Of a stretch of DNA of 59,025 bases, positions 37,982 to 46,577 are shown in pieces. Every line of letters starts with the position of its first letter. Position 1 is the first letter of the stretch. Where the stretch lies: NCBI GenBank assembly GCA_035525825.1, contig DATLDP010000033.1:1-59025 (forward strand), in the 5' to 3' direction. A program made the position numbers and the translations under genes. The notes under the pieces were generated by a model. That model did no database searches, was not told where the DNA came from, and saw only the letters and a list, made by a program, of their open reading frames with translations. Source of the DNA: Candidatus Limnocylindria bacterium (GTDB taxonomy: Bacteria; Chloroflexota; Limnocylindria; Limnocylindrales; CSP1-4).

Positions 37982-39046
37982 CTATTCGACCGTCAGGGTG
38001 CCGGTCATCGCCGGGATCGGGTGGACCCGGCAGATGAAGGTGTAGGTACCGGCCGCGAGCGGAGCGTAGGGATAGACGATCTGCTGGCCGCCGTCGATCG
38101 GCGCGGGATCCGAGATCGAGGTGCCGTCCGCGGCCTTGATCTGGACGTTGTGGGGCAGACCGGGCCCGTCCTGATTGTCGAGCGCGATGCCGAACGGCTT
38201 GTCAGCCGGGACGGTGAGCTCCTTCTTGTCGAACGCGACGCCGACCGCGACAAGGTCGACGACGGTGTCCTCCGGGCCGAGCGTCGCCACCGGTGCCGGT
38301 GTGCCGCCACCGCTCCCGGACCAGCACTCGGGCACGTCGGTGGCGTCGGCGGCGGGCTTGAACTCGTCATCGCGCCAACCCTTGAACGTCTCGACCTTGC
38401 CGTCTTCGCCGATGACCGGTTCGTTGAGCTCCGGGTCGCGCCGGGTGAACTCCTGGGTGCTCGGAGCACGGATGAAGGCGATCAGGTCCTCGATCTGGAT
38501 GTAGTTGAGCGGGCCGCCGTTCGTGTCGGCCCAGACCGGCATGAGGCTCTTGGGATTGCCGCAGACGTACCGCCCGCCGACCGTCAGGACGTTGTGGATG
38601 TACTGCTCGGACAGGTGCGAGAAGAGCTTCGCCTGGTCGTTGAGGACCGGGCCGATCCCGCCCTCGCCCTTGGCGCCGTGGCACCGCGCGCAGTTCGCCT
38701 CGTAGAGGTTGTAGCCGCGCTCGATGGACGAGACCTGCTGGGCGTTCTCCTGCGCCTCGAGCCGCGGCGTCGTCTCGATGATCGGGACCCCGAGCTCGTA
38801 GAAGTAGTAGATGATCACGAACAGGGCCACGATCGCGACGCCGAGGAACGCCACCCACCGGGCGTCACCCGTCTGGCGGACGATCTTGGCGGCGCGCTCC
38901 GACGTCAGCCCCGCGATCGCCCGGGTCTGGCGGGGCGCGGTGAAGCGCTCGGCGGACCGGGTGGGGGCGGTTTCGCTGGGCTCGCGGCGGGCGGGCAGGC
39001 TCCGCTCCGGCTGGCCCTCCCGCCGGTCCCTGGGCGAGTCGGTCAT
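37982..39046 (-). CDS. Membrane-anchored monoheme cytochrome c fused to a type-1 cupredoxin
   Basis: One TM; CARCH heme motif; SLMP likely axial Met; C-terminal PHNV...ICRVHPIPAM. Confidence 0.88.
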   Translation of the reverse strand: MTDSPRDRREGQPERSLPARREPSETAPTRSAERFTAPRQTRAIAGLTSERAAKIVRQTGDARWVAFLGVAIVALFVIIYYFYELGVPIIETTPRLEAQENAQQVSSIERGYNLYEANCARCHGAKGEGGIGPVLNDQAKLFSHLSEQYIHNVLTVGGRYVCGNPKSLMPVWADTNGGPLNYIQIEDLIAFIRAPSTQEFTRRDPELNEPVIGEDGKVETFKGWRDDEFKPAADATDVPECWSGSGGGTPAPVATLGPEDTVVDLVAVGVAFDKKELTVPADKPFGIALDNQDGPGLPHNVQIKAADGTSISDPAPIDGGQQIVYPYAPLAAGTYTFICRVHPIPAMTGTLTVE

Positions 39047-39717
39047 ATGCAGCCGGTTGGGGTCTTCGGCGGGATGATCCCCGGCTGGCCGACGGCGACC
39101 GGGAGCGGGCCAAGGGTGATCTTCGAGGTGTCCAGCGTCAGGATGCCCTCGGCGTCGACGGTGATTGCGAAGCGATCCATGCCGCGCGGCGCCGGGCCGT
39201 ACTGCGCGCCCTGGGCCTTGATCCCGAGGCGGTCATAGCGCGAGCCGTGGCACGGGCACTCGAACCAGTAGTTCTTGAGGCACGGGTTGGGCTTGCAGCC
39301 GAGGTGGGGGCAGCGCTGGTAGAGCGCGCGGACGTTGAGGGCGGTGCCGTCACCGGCTCGATCCTCGCCGGGCACGAACTCCTGGCGCGACGGGTCCACC
39401 AGCATGATGTAGGCCCGCGCGGCCTGGTAGTAGACCGGGAACCCGGTCGCGAACGGCAGCGACGTGTTCTGGGCCTTGATGTCGTCGATGGTCCCGATCT
39501 CGATCGTGCCGCCGAAGCCGCCGCGTGAGTTCGGCCACAGGAAGCCGATCGTGCCCGCCGCGACCTCCGTGAGCCAGAGGAGGGTCGCGCCGCCGATGGA
39601 GCGGCGCAGCAGCGTCCGCCGCGAGATCCCCTGGACGGGATCCTGGCGGAGCGAGCGAAGCGCCTGGGGCGTGAGGGCCTGGGGCTTCTCGGCGGGCTGG
39701 ACGTGGTAGTTGCTCAT
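39043..39717 (-). CDS. qcrA: Rieske 2Fe-2S subunit of a Rieske/cytochrome b complex
   Basis: SRRTLL twin-arginine-like segment plus TM; CPHLGC and CPCHGSRY boxes. Confidence 0.93.
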   Translation of the reverse strand: MSNYHVQPAEKPQALTPQALRSLRQDPVQGISRRTLLRRSIGGATLLWLTEVAAGTIGFLWPNSRGGFGGTIEIGTIDDIKAQNTSLPFATGFPVYYQAARAYIMLVDPSRQEFVPGEDRAGDGTALNVRALYQRCPHLGCKPNPCLKNYWFECPCHGSRYDRLGIKAQGAQYGPAPRGMDRFAITVDAEGILTLDTSKITLGPLPVAVGQPGIIPPKTPTGCI

Positions 39718-39725
39718 CGGTCAGT

Positions 39726-40352
39726 TCACAGTGCGAAGTGGAGGCCGTTGGTGAAGTTGTCGAAGAACGGCAGGTACGGCGTCACGAGGGAGTAGCCGGG
39801 CCCGCGGAAGAACACCCCGACGAAGGTGACCATCAGGCCGAGCGCGCACAGCAGCGTGAACAGCACGACCGCAGTCTTGCGATCCGAGGGCTTCTTCGCC
39901 TCGATGTTGGCCCGGTCGATGTACGGCAGCACGATCATGCCCAAGAGGATGTACAGGAACGGCACCAGCACGCCGGAGACGACCGGGTGGAAGTACGCGA
40001 GCAGCTCCTGGAGCCCGAGGAGGTACCACGGCGCCTTCGCGACCGGCGGTGTGACGTTGCCGTTCGCCAGGTCCTCGAGCGGGGCGTTGATGAAGAGGCC
40101 CATCAGGAGCAGGAAGATGCTCATGACCGTCGCGGCGAAGAACTCGATCGAGAGCAGGTGCGGCCAGGTCATGACCGTGTCGTCCGGTTCCTTCTGGACT
40201 CGAACGACCGCGTCCTGCTTGACCATCGCCAGCAGGCGGTAGGGCCGCGCGGACATCGGCACGCGCTGCTTGTCGATCTCCGTCCGACGGGTCGGATCGA
40301 CGGGCAGGACCTCGCGCGCGACGGGCTTCGTGTCGGTCTTCTGATCGCTCAT
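39726..40352 (-). CDS. Cytochrome b subunit IV-like protein (PetD / QcrC N-terminal type)
   Basis: TWPHLL, NAPLEDLAN, KAPWY (PEWY-equivalent), LPYID; three TM helices. Confidence 0.88.
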   Translation of the reverse strand: MSDQKTDTKPVAREVLPVDPTRRTEIDKQRVPMSARPYRLLAMVKQDAVVRVQKEPDDTVMTWPHLLSIEFFAATVMSIFLLLMGLFINAPLEDLANGNVTPPVAKAPWYLLGLQELLAYFHPVVSGVLVPFLYILLGMIVLPYIDRANIEAKKPSDRKTAVVLFTLLCALGLMVTFVGVFFRGPGYSLVTPYLPFFDNFTNGLHFAL

Positions 40353-40470
40353 GCAGCAGTACCCGACGGGCCGCTAGGACGGCCAGATGCAAGGCGCCGG
40401 CGAGCACCGGAACGAGCGGACGCCGACGTCCGTGAGCGAGAAGCGCAGGCGGCAACGCGGCAGATGGCTG

Positions 40471-41199
40471 TCATAGCGGACCGGAGATTCCGCCGTCTTT
40501 CCTGATGCGCCAGAAGTGGACGGCCAGGAAGATGGCGGCGACGAGCGGCAGGACCATGATGTGGAGCACGTAGAACCGGAGCAGCGTGTTCTGCCCGACC
40601 TCCAGTCCACCGAAGATCAGCGACTGGATGGGGGTGTTGATCACCGGCGTGTAGCTGGCCATGTTCAGGCCGATCGTGATGGCCCAGTAGCTGATCTGGT
40701 CCCACGGCAGCAGGTAGCCGGTGAAGCTCAGGGCGATCGTCATCAGCAGCAGGATCACGCCGACGACCCAGTTGAACTCCCGCGGCGGCTTGTAGGCCCC
40801 GTGGTAGAAGACCCGCATCATGTGCAGGAAGACGAAGAAGACCATCAGGTGGGCGCCCCACCGGTGGACGTTCCGGGTCAGCAGGCCGAACGCGACGCGT
40901 GACTGGATGTTCAGGATGTCCGTGTACGCGCTCCCGGTCGACGGGATGTAGAAGAACATGAGGTAGACGCCCGTCACGGTCAGGACGAGGAACAGGAAGA
41001 ACGACAGCCCGCCGAGGCAGAACGTGTACGCGAACTTGACCGCGTGCTGCCGGACCCGGACCGGGTGGAGGTGCAGGAAGACGTTGTTCATCACGGCGTA
41101 CGCGCGCGACCGCTCGTCCGTCGGGTAGGGGTTGCGGAAGAGCGACCGCCAAGCGGGGCTCCGGCGGATGGCCTGGTCCACCCGCTCGAGGAAGCTCAA
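40471..41199 (-). CDS. qcrB: Cytochrome b6-type subunit (4 TM) with heme ci cysteine
   Basis: FCLGG, HRWGAHLM...LHM, GYLLPWDQ, LH...VHF. TTG start with SD aggagg overlaps the upstream TGA. Confidence 0.93.
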   Translation of the reverse strand: MSFLERVDQAIRRSPAWRSLFRNPYPTDERSRAYAVMNNVFLHLHPVRVRQHAVKFAYTFCLGGLSFFLFLVLTVTGVYLMFFYIPSTGSAYTDILNIQSRVAFGLLTRNVHRWGAHLMVFFVFLHMMRVFYHGAYKPPREFNWVVGVILLLMTIALSFTGYLLPWDQISYWAITIGLNMASYTPVINTPIQSLIFGGLEVGQNTLLRFYVLHIMVLPLVAAIFLAVHFWRIRKDGGISGPL

Positions 41200-43034
41200 C
41201 GACCCATTCCTCCTGCGACGCCGGGCGTGCCGGCGAGCTGAGCGTCTCGGTACGACTCCTTGTAGAGCCGGCCATCGGTCGAGATCTCTTGCAGCTCGAA
41301 CCGCTCCATCGTAATGGCGTCGAACGGGCAACGCTTGACGCACAGCGCGCAGCGGATGCAGCGCTCCTCGTCGAGGATCATCGCGGCGCCGTCCTGCCAG
41401 CCGTAGGCCTCGTCCAGCTCGGTCAGGAGGCCCTCGGACTTGAGCTGGTTGATGTCGACCATGTGGATGACGCCCTCGGGGCAGACATCCGCGCACGCGC
41501 CGCAGAGGACGCAGCGGAACGGGTCGAACCAGATGTTGAAGTTGCACATGAGGCAGCGGGTTGACTCGGCGACGGCGGAGGTCGCGTCGTAGCCCTGCTC
41601 GACCTGGGTCGTGAAGTTGACGTCCGGGTCGGTGGACGGCATTCGCTCGGTCAGGGCCGTCATCGGGATGTGCTGGCGCGGCAGGACGTCGTAGAACTCG
41701 GGCATCTCGAACGCCCAGGTGCTGGTCATCTTGACGTTCGCCGCGACGGTCACGTCCGTGCGTCCGGCCAAGTAGCGGTCGATCGCGTACGCGGCCTTCT
41801 TGCCGTGGCCCGCTGCCTCGATGAGGGTCGTGGGGCCGGTCACGAAATCGCCGCAGGCGAAGACGCCCCGGACGTTCGTGGCGTAGGTCGCGGGATCCAC
41901 CTTCACGCGGCCGCGATTGACCTCGAAGTCCGCCTCGACCGGGAGGAACGTCAGGTCCGCGGCCTGCGAGACGGCCGGGATGACCGTGTCGGCCTTGATC
42001 ACGAACTCGGACCCGGGGATCGGCACCGGCGAGCGCCGGCCCGAGGCGTCCGGCTCGCCGAGCTTGTTCCGGATGAACTTGACGCCGGTCACGTGGCCGT
42101 TCTCGCCGAGCACCTCCACCGGGCTCGCGAGGAACTCCATGCGGACGCCCTCCCGCTCCGTCTCGCCGAGCTCCTCCTCGTCGACGACCAGCTCGGACCG
42201 CGTCCGGCGGTAGACGATCGCGACGTTCTCGGCGCCGTGCCGGAGCGAGGTTCGCGAGCAGTCCATCGCGGTGTAGCCACCGCCGATGACCACCACGTCC
42301 CTGCCGACCTCGATCGGCTCGCCGAGGTTGGCCTTCTTCATGAAGTCCACGCCGTACTGGACGCCCTCGAGGTCGCCACCCGGCACGTCGAGGGCCACGG
42401 CGTTCATCGCGCCGGCCGTGATCGCAACCGCGTCATGGTCGCTCTGGAGCTCGTCGAAGGTGATGTCGACGCCGATGTTGGTGTTGTAGTGGAAGGTCAC
42501 GCCGAGGCGCTCGACCAGCTTGATGTCCATCTCGATCGCCTCGCGCGGGAGGCGGAACGCCGGCACGCCGATGAGCATCGTCCCGCCGCCGTACGGCAGG
42601 CTGTCGTAGACGTCCACCCCATAGCCCTTCATCGCCAGCTCGCGGGCGACCGAGATGCCGGACGGACCTGCGCCGACGACCGCGACCTTCTCGGCCCGGG
42701 CCTCGATGTGGGGCATGACGTCAGGGATGCCCGAAGCCTCGTGCCACTCGACGAGGAAGCGCTTCATCGCCCGGATCGCAAGGGGCCGGTCGATGTCGCC
42801 GCGGCGGCAGGCGCGCTCGCACGGGGCGGAGCAGACATAGGAGCACATCGCGGCCACGGGGTTGGGCTCGCGGGAGAGGATGTAGCCCTCCTCGAAGCGG
42901 CCTTCCGCGGCAAGGTTCAGGTAGCCCCGGCAGTTCGTCCCGACCGGGCAGGCCTCCTGGCACTCGATGTTGCACTGGAGCCAGGAAGCATCGACCGGCT
43001 GGACGAGGAATTCCTGGCGGACGTCGAGGGTCAA
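41196..43034 (-). CDS. GltD/NfnB/DsrL-like NAD(P)H-dependent flavo-iron-sulfur oxidoreductase with C-terminal 2x[4Fe-4S] ferredoxin
   Basis: CQEACP, CSYVCSAPCERAC, GAGPSG, GGGYTAMD, YRRT, GDFVTGP, RCLMC and two CxxCxxCxxxCP motifs. Start uncertain (TTG 43034 after gaggt). Confidence 0.9.
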   Translation of the reverse strand: MTLDVRQEFLVQPVDASWLQCNIECQEACPVGTNCRGYLNLAAEGRFEEGYILSREPNPVAAMCSYVCSAPCERACRRGDIDRPLAIRAMKRFLVEWHEASGIPDVMPHIEARAEKVAVVGAGPSGISVARELAMKGYGVDVYDSLPYGGGTMLIGVPAFRLPREAIEMDIKLVERLGVTFHYNTNIGVDITFDELQSDHDAVAITAGAMNAVALDVPGGDLEGVQYGVDFMKKANLGEPIEVGRDVVVIGGGYTAMDCSRTSLRHGAENVAIVYRRTRSELVVDEEELGETEREGVRMEFLASPVEVLGENGHVTGVKFIRNKLGEPDASGRRSPVPIPGSEFVIKADTVIPAVSQAADLTFLPVEADFEVNRGRVKVDPATYATNVRGVFACGDFVTGPTTLIEAAGHGKKAAYAIDRYLAGRTDVTVAANVKMTSTWAFEMPEFYDVLPRQHIPMTALTERMPSTDPDVNFTTQVEQGYDATSAVAESTRCLMCNFNIWFDPFRCVLCGACADVCPEGVIHMVDINQLKSEGLLTELDEAYGWQDGAAMILDEERCIRCALCVKRCPFDAITMERFELQEISTDGRLYKESYRDAQLAGTPGVAGGMGR

Positions 43035-43282
43035 GGCGCGGCTGAACCTCAGTTCGTCGATGGCGGACGGTCGAACGATGGGGGCCGGCGATCCGGGAGC
43101 GGCCGGCAGGCGCAATCTACCATCCGCTCCCTTCCCACGCTCGCCGCACGCTCGGGACGTGCGTCTGCGAGCCCGGAATCGGGCCTGCGCGAAAGGTTGA
43201 CGCGGGCGTTCGCTCGCAGCTACGCTCCGGCGCAGCGACGACGCCCCCGGGTGGCGTTGGACTCCGAGGCATTGGATCCCGC

Positions 43283-44452
43283 GTGACTGCGAGCGAGCTG
43301 GCCTTCATGGCCCTCGGCCTTCTCCTCGGCGCCGCCGTCGGCGTCGCCCTCTTCGTGACCGTTGCGAGCCGAGTCCCACGGCGCGAGATTCGGGTTACCG
43401 TGACCCGGAATGCCCTCCCCCGCCGATCAGAGACGCTCTCCCAGGGTGCCTTCGCGGCCCGGCCGAGCGAGCCGGCCAGGGGCGGCCCGGGCGACCGGCG
43501 ATGGTTCGATCGGGACCATCAGACCCCAGAATCGGCGCTCCTCGTGACAACGGCGGTCTGGGCCCCCGAAACGCCCGCCGATGCTCCGGCGATGACGCCG
43601 GTCGGGCCCGGGCGCGCGGCCCCCGCCAGGTCCAGGGATCGAACGATCGTTCCATTGGCCGCCGGCGCCATCGCGTCGCCGGCAGGCGTTCCGACCTCCG
43701 CTTCGGCGGTCCCGGCGCTGGAGCCGATCGTCGCGCCGATCGAGGATCCCGCCATCGCGACCGCAGCCGCGCCGCTGTCACGGTCCATCGCGGCCTCGGT
43801 GGCCGTTGGGCTCGAGCCGGAGCCCGAGTCCGATACCGACCGAGCGCCCGACGACCTCCGACGCCGGCCCGCACGCGGGACAACCCTGGAGCGGATGCTC
43901 CGCGGCGACCACATGGCGATGGTCGAGGCGATCGACGCGATCGGGGGCGAGGACGGCCATCGGCGCCGCGAATGGGAGGTCCTGCTCGGCGGGCTCGTGG
44001 AGGCGATGGCCGAGGTCGCGGTCGAGGAGTCCGTCATCGACTTCCCCATGGGCACTGCGTTCTGGGACACCTTCACGGTCGAGCAGTGCCGCCGGATCGT
44101 CGCCTCGCTGGCCTCGATGGGTTACCGCTACGACGGCGTCGACGGCTGGGCCGAAGCGCGCGTCCCGGCGTACCGCGACCTCAGCAACGCCCTCGCCGAC
44201 GTCGGCGTGGAGCCACGGCGGGTTCGCGCATGGCCGAACCAGTCGGAGATCGCGGCGCTGTTCGTCGGCGCCCGGCCCGCGCCGGAGGAGCTCCTCGCTG
44301 CCGCGGGTCCGGACTACACGGCCGCCGACATGCAGGCCCTCGTCGGCGAGCGGGCGACTGCGATCGCGGATCTCTGGGTCGCGTGGGACTCCGTGAAGTC
44401 GGTTCTGCTGTCCGAGCAGCGCGAGCCTGCGGAGAGCCAGCCCGTCGCCTAG
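43283..44452 (+). CDS. Hypothetical protein: N-terminal TM, P/A-rich linker, unknown C-terminal domain
   Basis: Good codon bias; upstream TTGACG-N18-TACGCT promoter-like sequence. Confidence 0.75.
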   Translation: MTASELAFMALGLLLGAAVGVALFVTVASRVPRREIRVTVTRNALPRRSETLSQGAFAARPSEPARGGPGDRRWFDRDHQTPESALLVTTAVWAPETPADAPAMTPVGPGRAAPARSRDRTIVPLAAGAIASPAGVPTSASAVPALEPIVAPIEDPAIATAAAPLSRSIAASVAVGLEPEPESDTDRAPDDLRRRPARGTTLERMLRGDHMAMVEAIDAIGGEDGHRRREWEVLLGGLVEAMAEVAVEESVIDFPMGTAFWDTFTVEQCRRIVASLASMGYRYDGVDGWAEARVPAYRDLSNALADVGVEPRRVRAWPNQSEIAALFVGARPAPEELLAAAGPDYTAADMQALVGERATAIADLWVAWDSVKSVLLSEQREPAESQPVA

Positions 44453-44479
44453 CGCCTCGTCATCCGGGCACGCGTGGCG

Positions 44480-45361
44480 TCAGGAAGCGGCGGAACCTTC
44501 CTCGGCGGCCTCGGACGGCTGCGGCGCGGCCTCGTCGTCGTCATCGATCACGACATGGAAGAAGCCGTCGGCGTGTGCCACGCCGATCTCCTTGCCCTGG
44601 ACCGCGGACCACTCGTGGATCCACTTGTCGACCTCGGAGAAGTCCTTGATCTGGCTCTCATGGCAGCGGAGCGCGTCGAGCTTCCGCCCGACGGTCGCGG
44701 TGATGTCGACGTACGCGTTGGCGCGGTGGGTCCAGAAGAAGTACAGGCGACGGACGACGTGCTTGCCGATGCCTGATTTCGCGAGCCACGGGAAGGCCAT
44801 CGGGTTGCGGGCGGCGGGGTAGACGGCGTCCGCCGCGGCCCAGCCGGCGGCGCGATGGTCGGTGTGGTTCACGCCGGCGCCGCGCGGAAACGCGTTCTCC
44901 GGGTCCGTCGCGAGGACGGCGTCAGGCTTGAAGGTGCGGATCTCGCGGACGAGATGCTCCCGCAGGATGAGGTCGTTGGCCAGCGCGCCGTCGGGCATGT
45001 GGAGGAAGGTCACGCCCTCGTAGCCGACCACCTCGGCCGCAGCGCGCTGCTCGCGCTCGCGGATCCGGGCGAGCTCCAGGGGGTCGAACTCGGGATCCTC
45101 GCCGCCCTGGTCGCCGCTCGTGCAGCAGACGAGCCAGCCGACGGACCCCTGGTCGATCCACGCCGCGGCGGTCGCCGCCGGTCCGAAGTCGGCGTCGTCG
45201 GGGTGGGCGGCGATGACCATGAACCGCTCCGGGCGCCAGGCGTGGGCCTCGGCTGGAGCGCCTTCGCCGGCCGGGTTGCCGCCGCTCGCAGCGGGCACGG
45301 TGGCGGGAGTCGTCTCGCCGGCGGGAGTCCCCTCGCCAGCCGCGGTCTCGGGTTCGGCCAT
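44480..45361 (-). CDS. PIG-L/LmbE family deacetylase
   Basis: IAAHPDDADFG, TSGDQG, HTDH, KLDALRCHESQ. Confidence 0.9.
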   Translation of the reverse strand: MAEPETAAGEGTPAGETTPATVPAASGGNPAGEGAPAEAHAWRPERFMVIAAHPDDADFGPAATAAAWIDQGSVGWLVCCTSGDQGGEDPEFDPLELARIREREQRAAAEVVGYEGVTFLHMPDGALANDLILREHLVREIRTFKPDAVLATDPENAFPRGAGVNHTDHRAAGWAAADAVYPAARNPMAFPWLAKSGIGKHVVRRLYFFWTHRANAYVDITATVGRKLDALRCHESQIKDFSEVDKWIHEWSAVQGKEIGVAHADGFFHVVIDDDDEAAPQPSEAAEEGSAAS

Positions 45362-45883
45362 TCAGCCCGAAGCGCGGGTGGCCCGCTCCTCGCCGAGCGC
45401 CGCCAGCACCTCCGCGGGGTGGCCGTCGGCCTTGACGTTCGGCCAGGTCCGGGCGATCCGCCCGTCGGGATCGATGAGGAAGGTCGAGCGGATGATGCCC
45501 ATGTACGACTTCCCGAGCATCGTCTTCTCGCCCCAGGCGCCGTAGCGCGCGATGACCTCGTGCTCGGGGTCGGAGAGCAGGGTGAACGGCAGGTCGAACT
45601 TCTCGCGGAACCGACGGTGGCTCGCGGCGTTGTCCTTGCTCACGCCCCAGACGTCCGCGTCGGTCGCGGCGTAGTCGCTGTCGAGGTCGCGGAACTGGCA
45701 GGCCTCGGTGTTGCAGCCGGGCGTGTCGTCCCTGGGGTAGAAGTACAGGACGGTCCAGCGGCCCTTCTGGTCCATGAGGTTATGGACTGCGCCGGTCTCG
45801 TCCGGGAGGGTCATGTCCGGGGCCACCTGGCCGACCTCGGGGACGACGCGCTGCGGCGGCGTCTCGGTCGCGGGCGCGTTCAT
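45362..45883 (-). CDS. bcp: Peroxiredoxin Q / bacterioferritin comigratory protein
   Basis: YFYPRDDTPGCNTEACQFRD; RSTFLIDPDG. Confidence 0.93.
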   Translation of the reverse strand: MNAPATETPPQRVVPEVGQVAPDMTLPDETGAVHNLMDQKGRWTVLYFYPRDDTPGCNTEACQFRDLDSDYAATDADVWGVSKDNAASHRRFREKFDLPFTLLSDPEHEVIARYGAWGEKTMLGKSYMGIIRSTFLIDPDGRIARTWPNVKADGHPAEVLAALGEERATRASG

Positions 45884-46575
45884 GGCCGGACTGTAGCAGG
45901 GGTTTCGATCAGGAGGAGCCGGCCTGATTCGAGCGTGACGGTGGCAATTGGGCCGGTTCGGACGTTCGAGACACCCCGGGTGCGGCCCAGCACAAGGGGC
46001 TCTCCGACGAGGGGGAAGCGGAGGCCGGCGGTCGTCACGCCCTCTGCGGTCTGGCCGATGGGGATGATCGAGACGAGATCGCCCTCGCGGCCCTCGAGCT
46101 GTCGCGTCGCCGGGCCGTGATCCTCGGGCGCGGTGAGCAGCGAGCACCTGGCCGCCTGGTCGTCGAACAGCCAGGCGGGCCGGCCGCCCAGCGCCGGATT
46201 CGCCAGCAGCCCGAGATTCGCCACGGCGTGATCGACGCGCGGACCGCCGAGGGCCCCGAGCAGCACGATCGAGTCCGCACCGGCCCCGAGCGCCGTCATG
46301 AGCGCGAGCTCCGCATCGGACTCGTCCTTCTCGGCGGCGACGCGCTCGATGGCGACGCCGGTCGCGGCCAGCGCCGCGAGATCGGCCGGGTCGATCGAAT
46401 CGCCATCGCCCACCCATCGATCGATTCGGAGCTTGAGGACCAGGGCGTGGCGCGCGCCGCCGTCCGCCGCGATCACGAGCTCGATGCCCGCCGACCAGTC
46501 CGGCCACGCCTCGTCCAGCTGCGACCGCGTGGGCACGGCGCCGTCCGCCAGGATCACGGCCCGGCGATCGGGCAT
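45880..46575 (-). CDS. thiN: Thiamine pyrophosphokinase
   Basis: IAADGGA, GDGDS, KDESDAELA, LGGPRVDH, GLRFPL, GVSN. Confidence 0.9.
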   Translation of the reverse strand: MPDRRAVILADGAVPTRSQLDEAWPDWSAGIELVIAADGGARHALVLKLRIDRWVGDGDSIDPADLAALAATGVAIERVAAEKDESDAELALMTALGAGADSIVLLGALGGPRVDHAVANLGLLANPALGGRPAWLFDDQAARCSLLTAPEDHGPATRQLEGREGDLVSIIPIGQTAEGVTTAGLRFPLVGEPLVLGRTRGVSNVRTGPIATVTLESGRLLLIETPATVRP

Positions 46576-46577
46576 CG

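Noticed and set aside
41196-43034. Calling the flavoprotein DsrL, GltD or NfnB
   Set aside because: The architecture is similar, but no dsr, gltB or nfnA gene is adjacent; it is coupled to cytochrome b instead.
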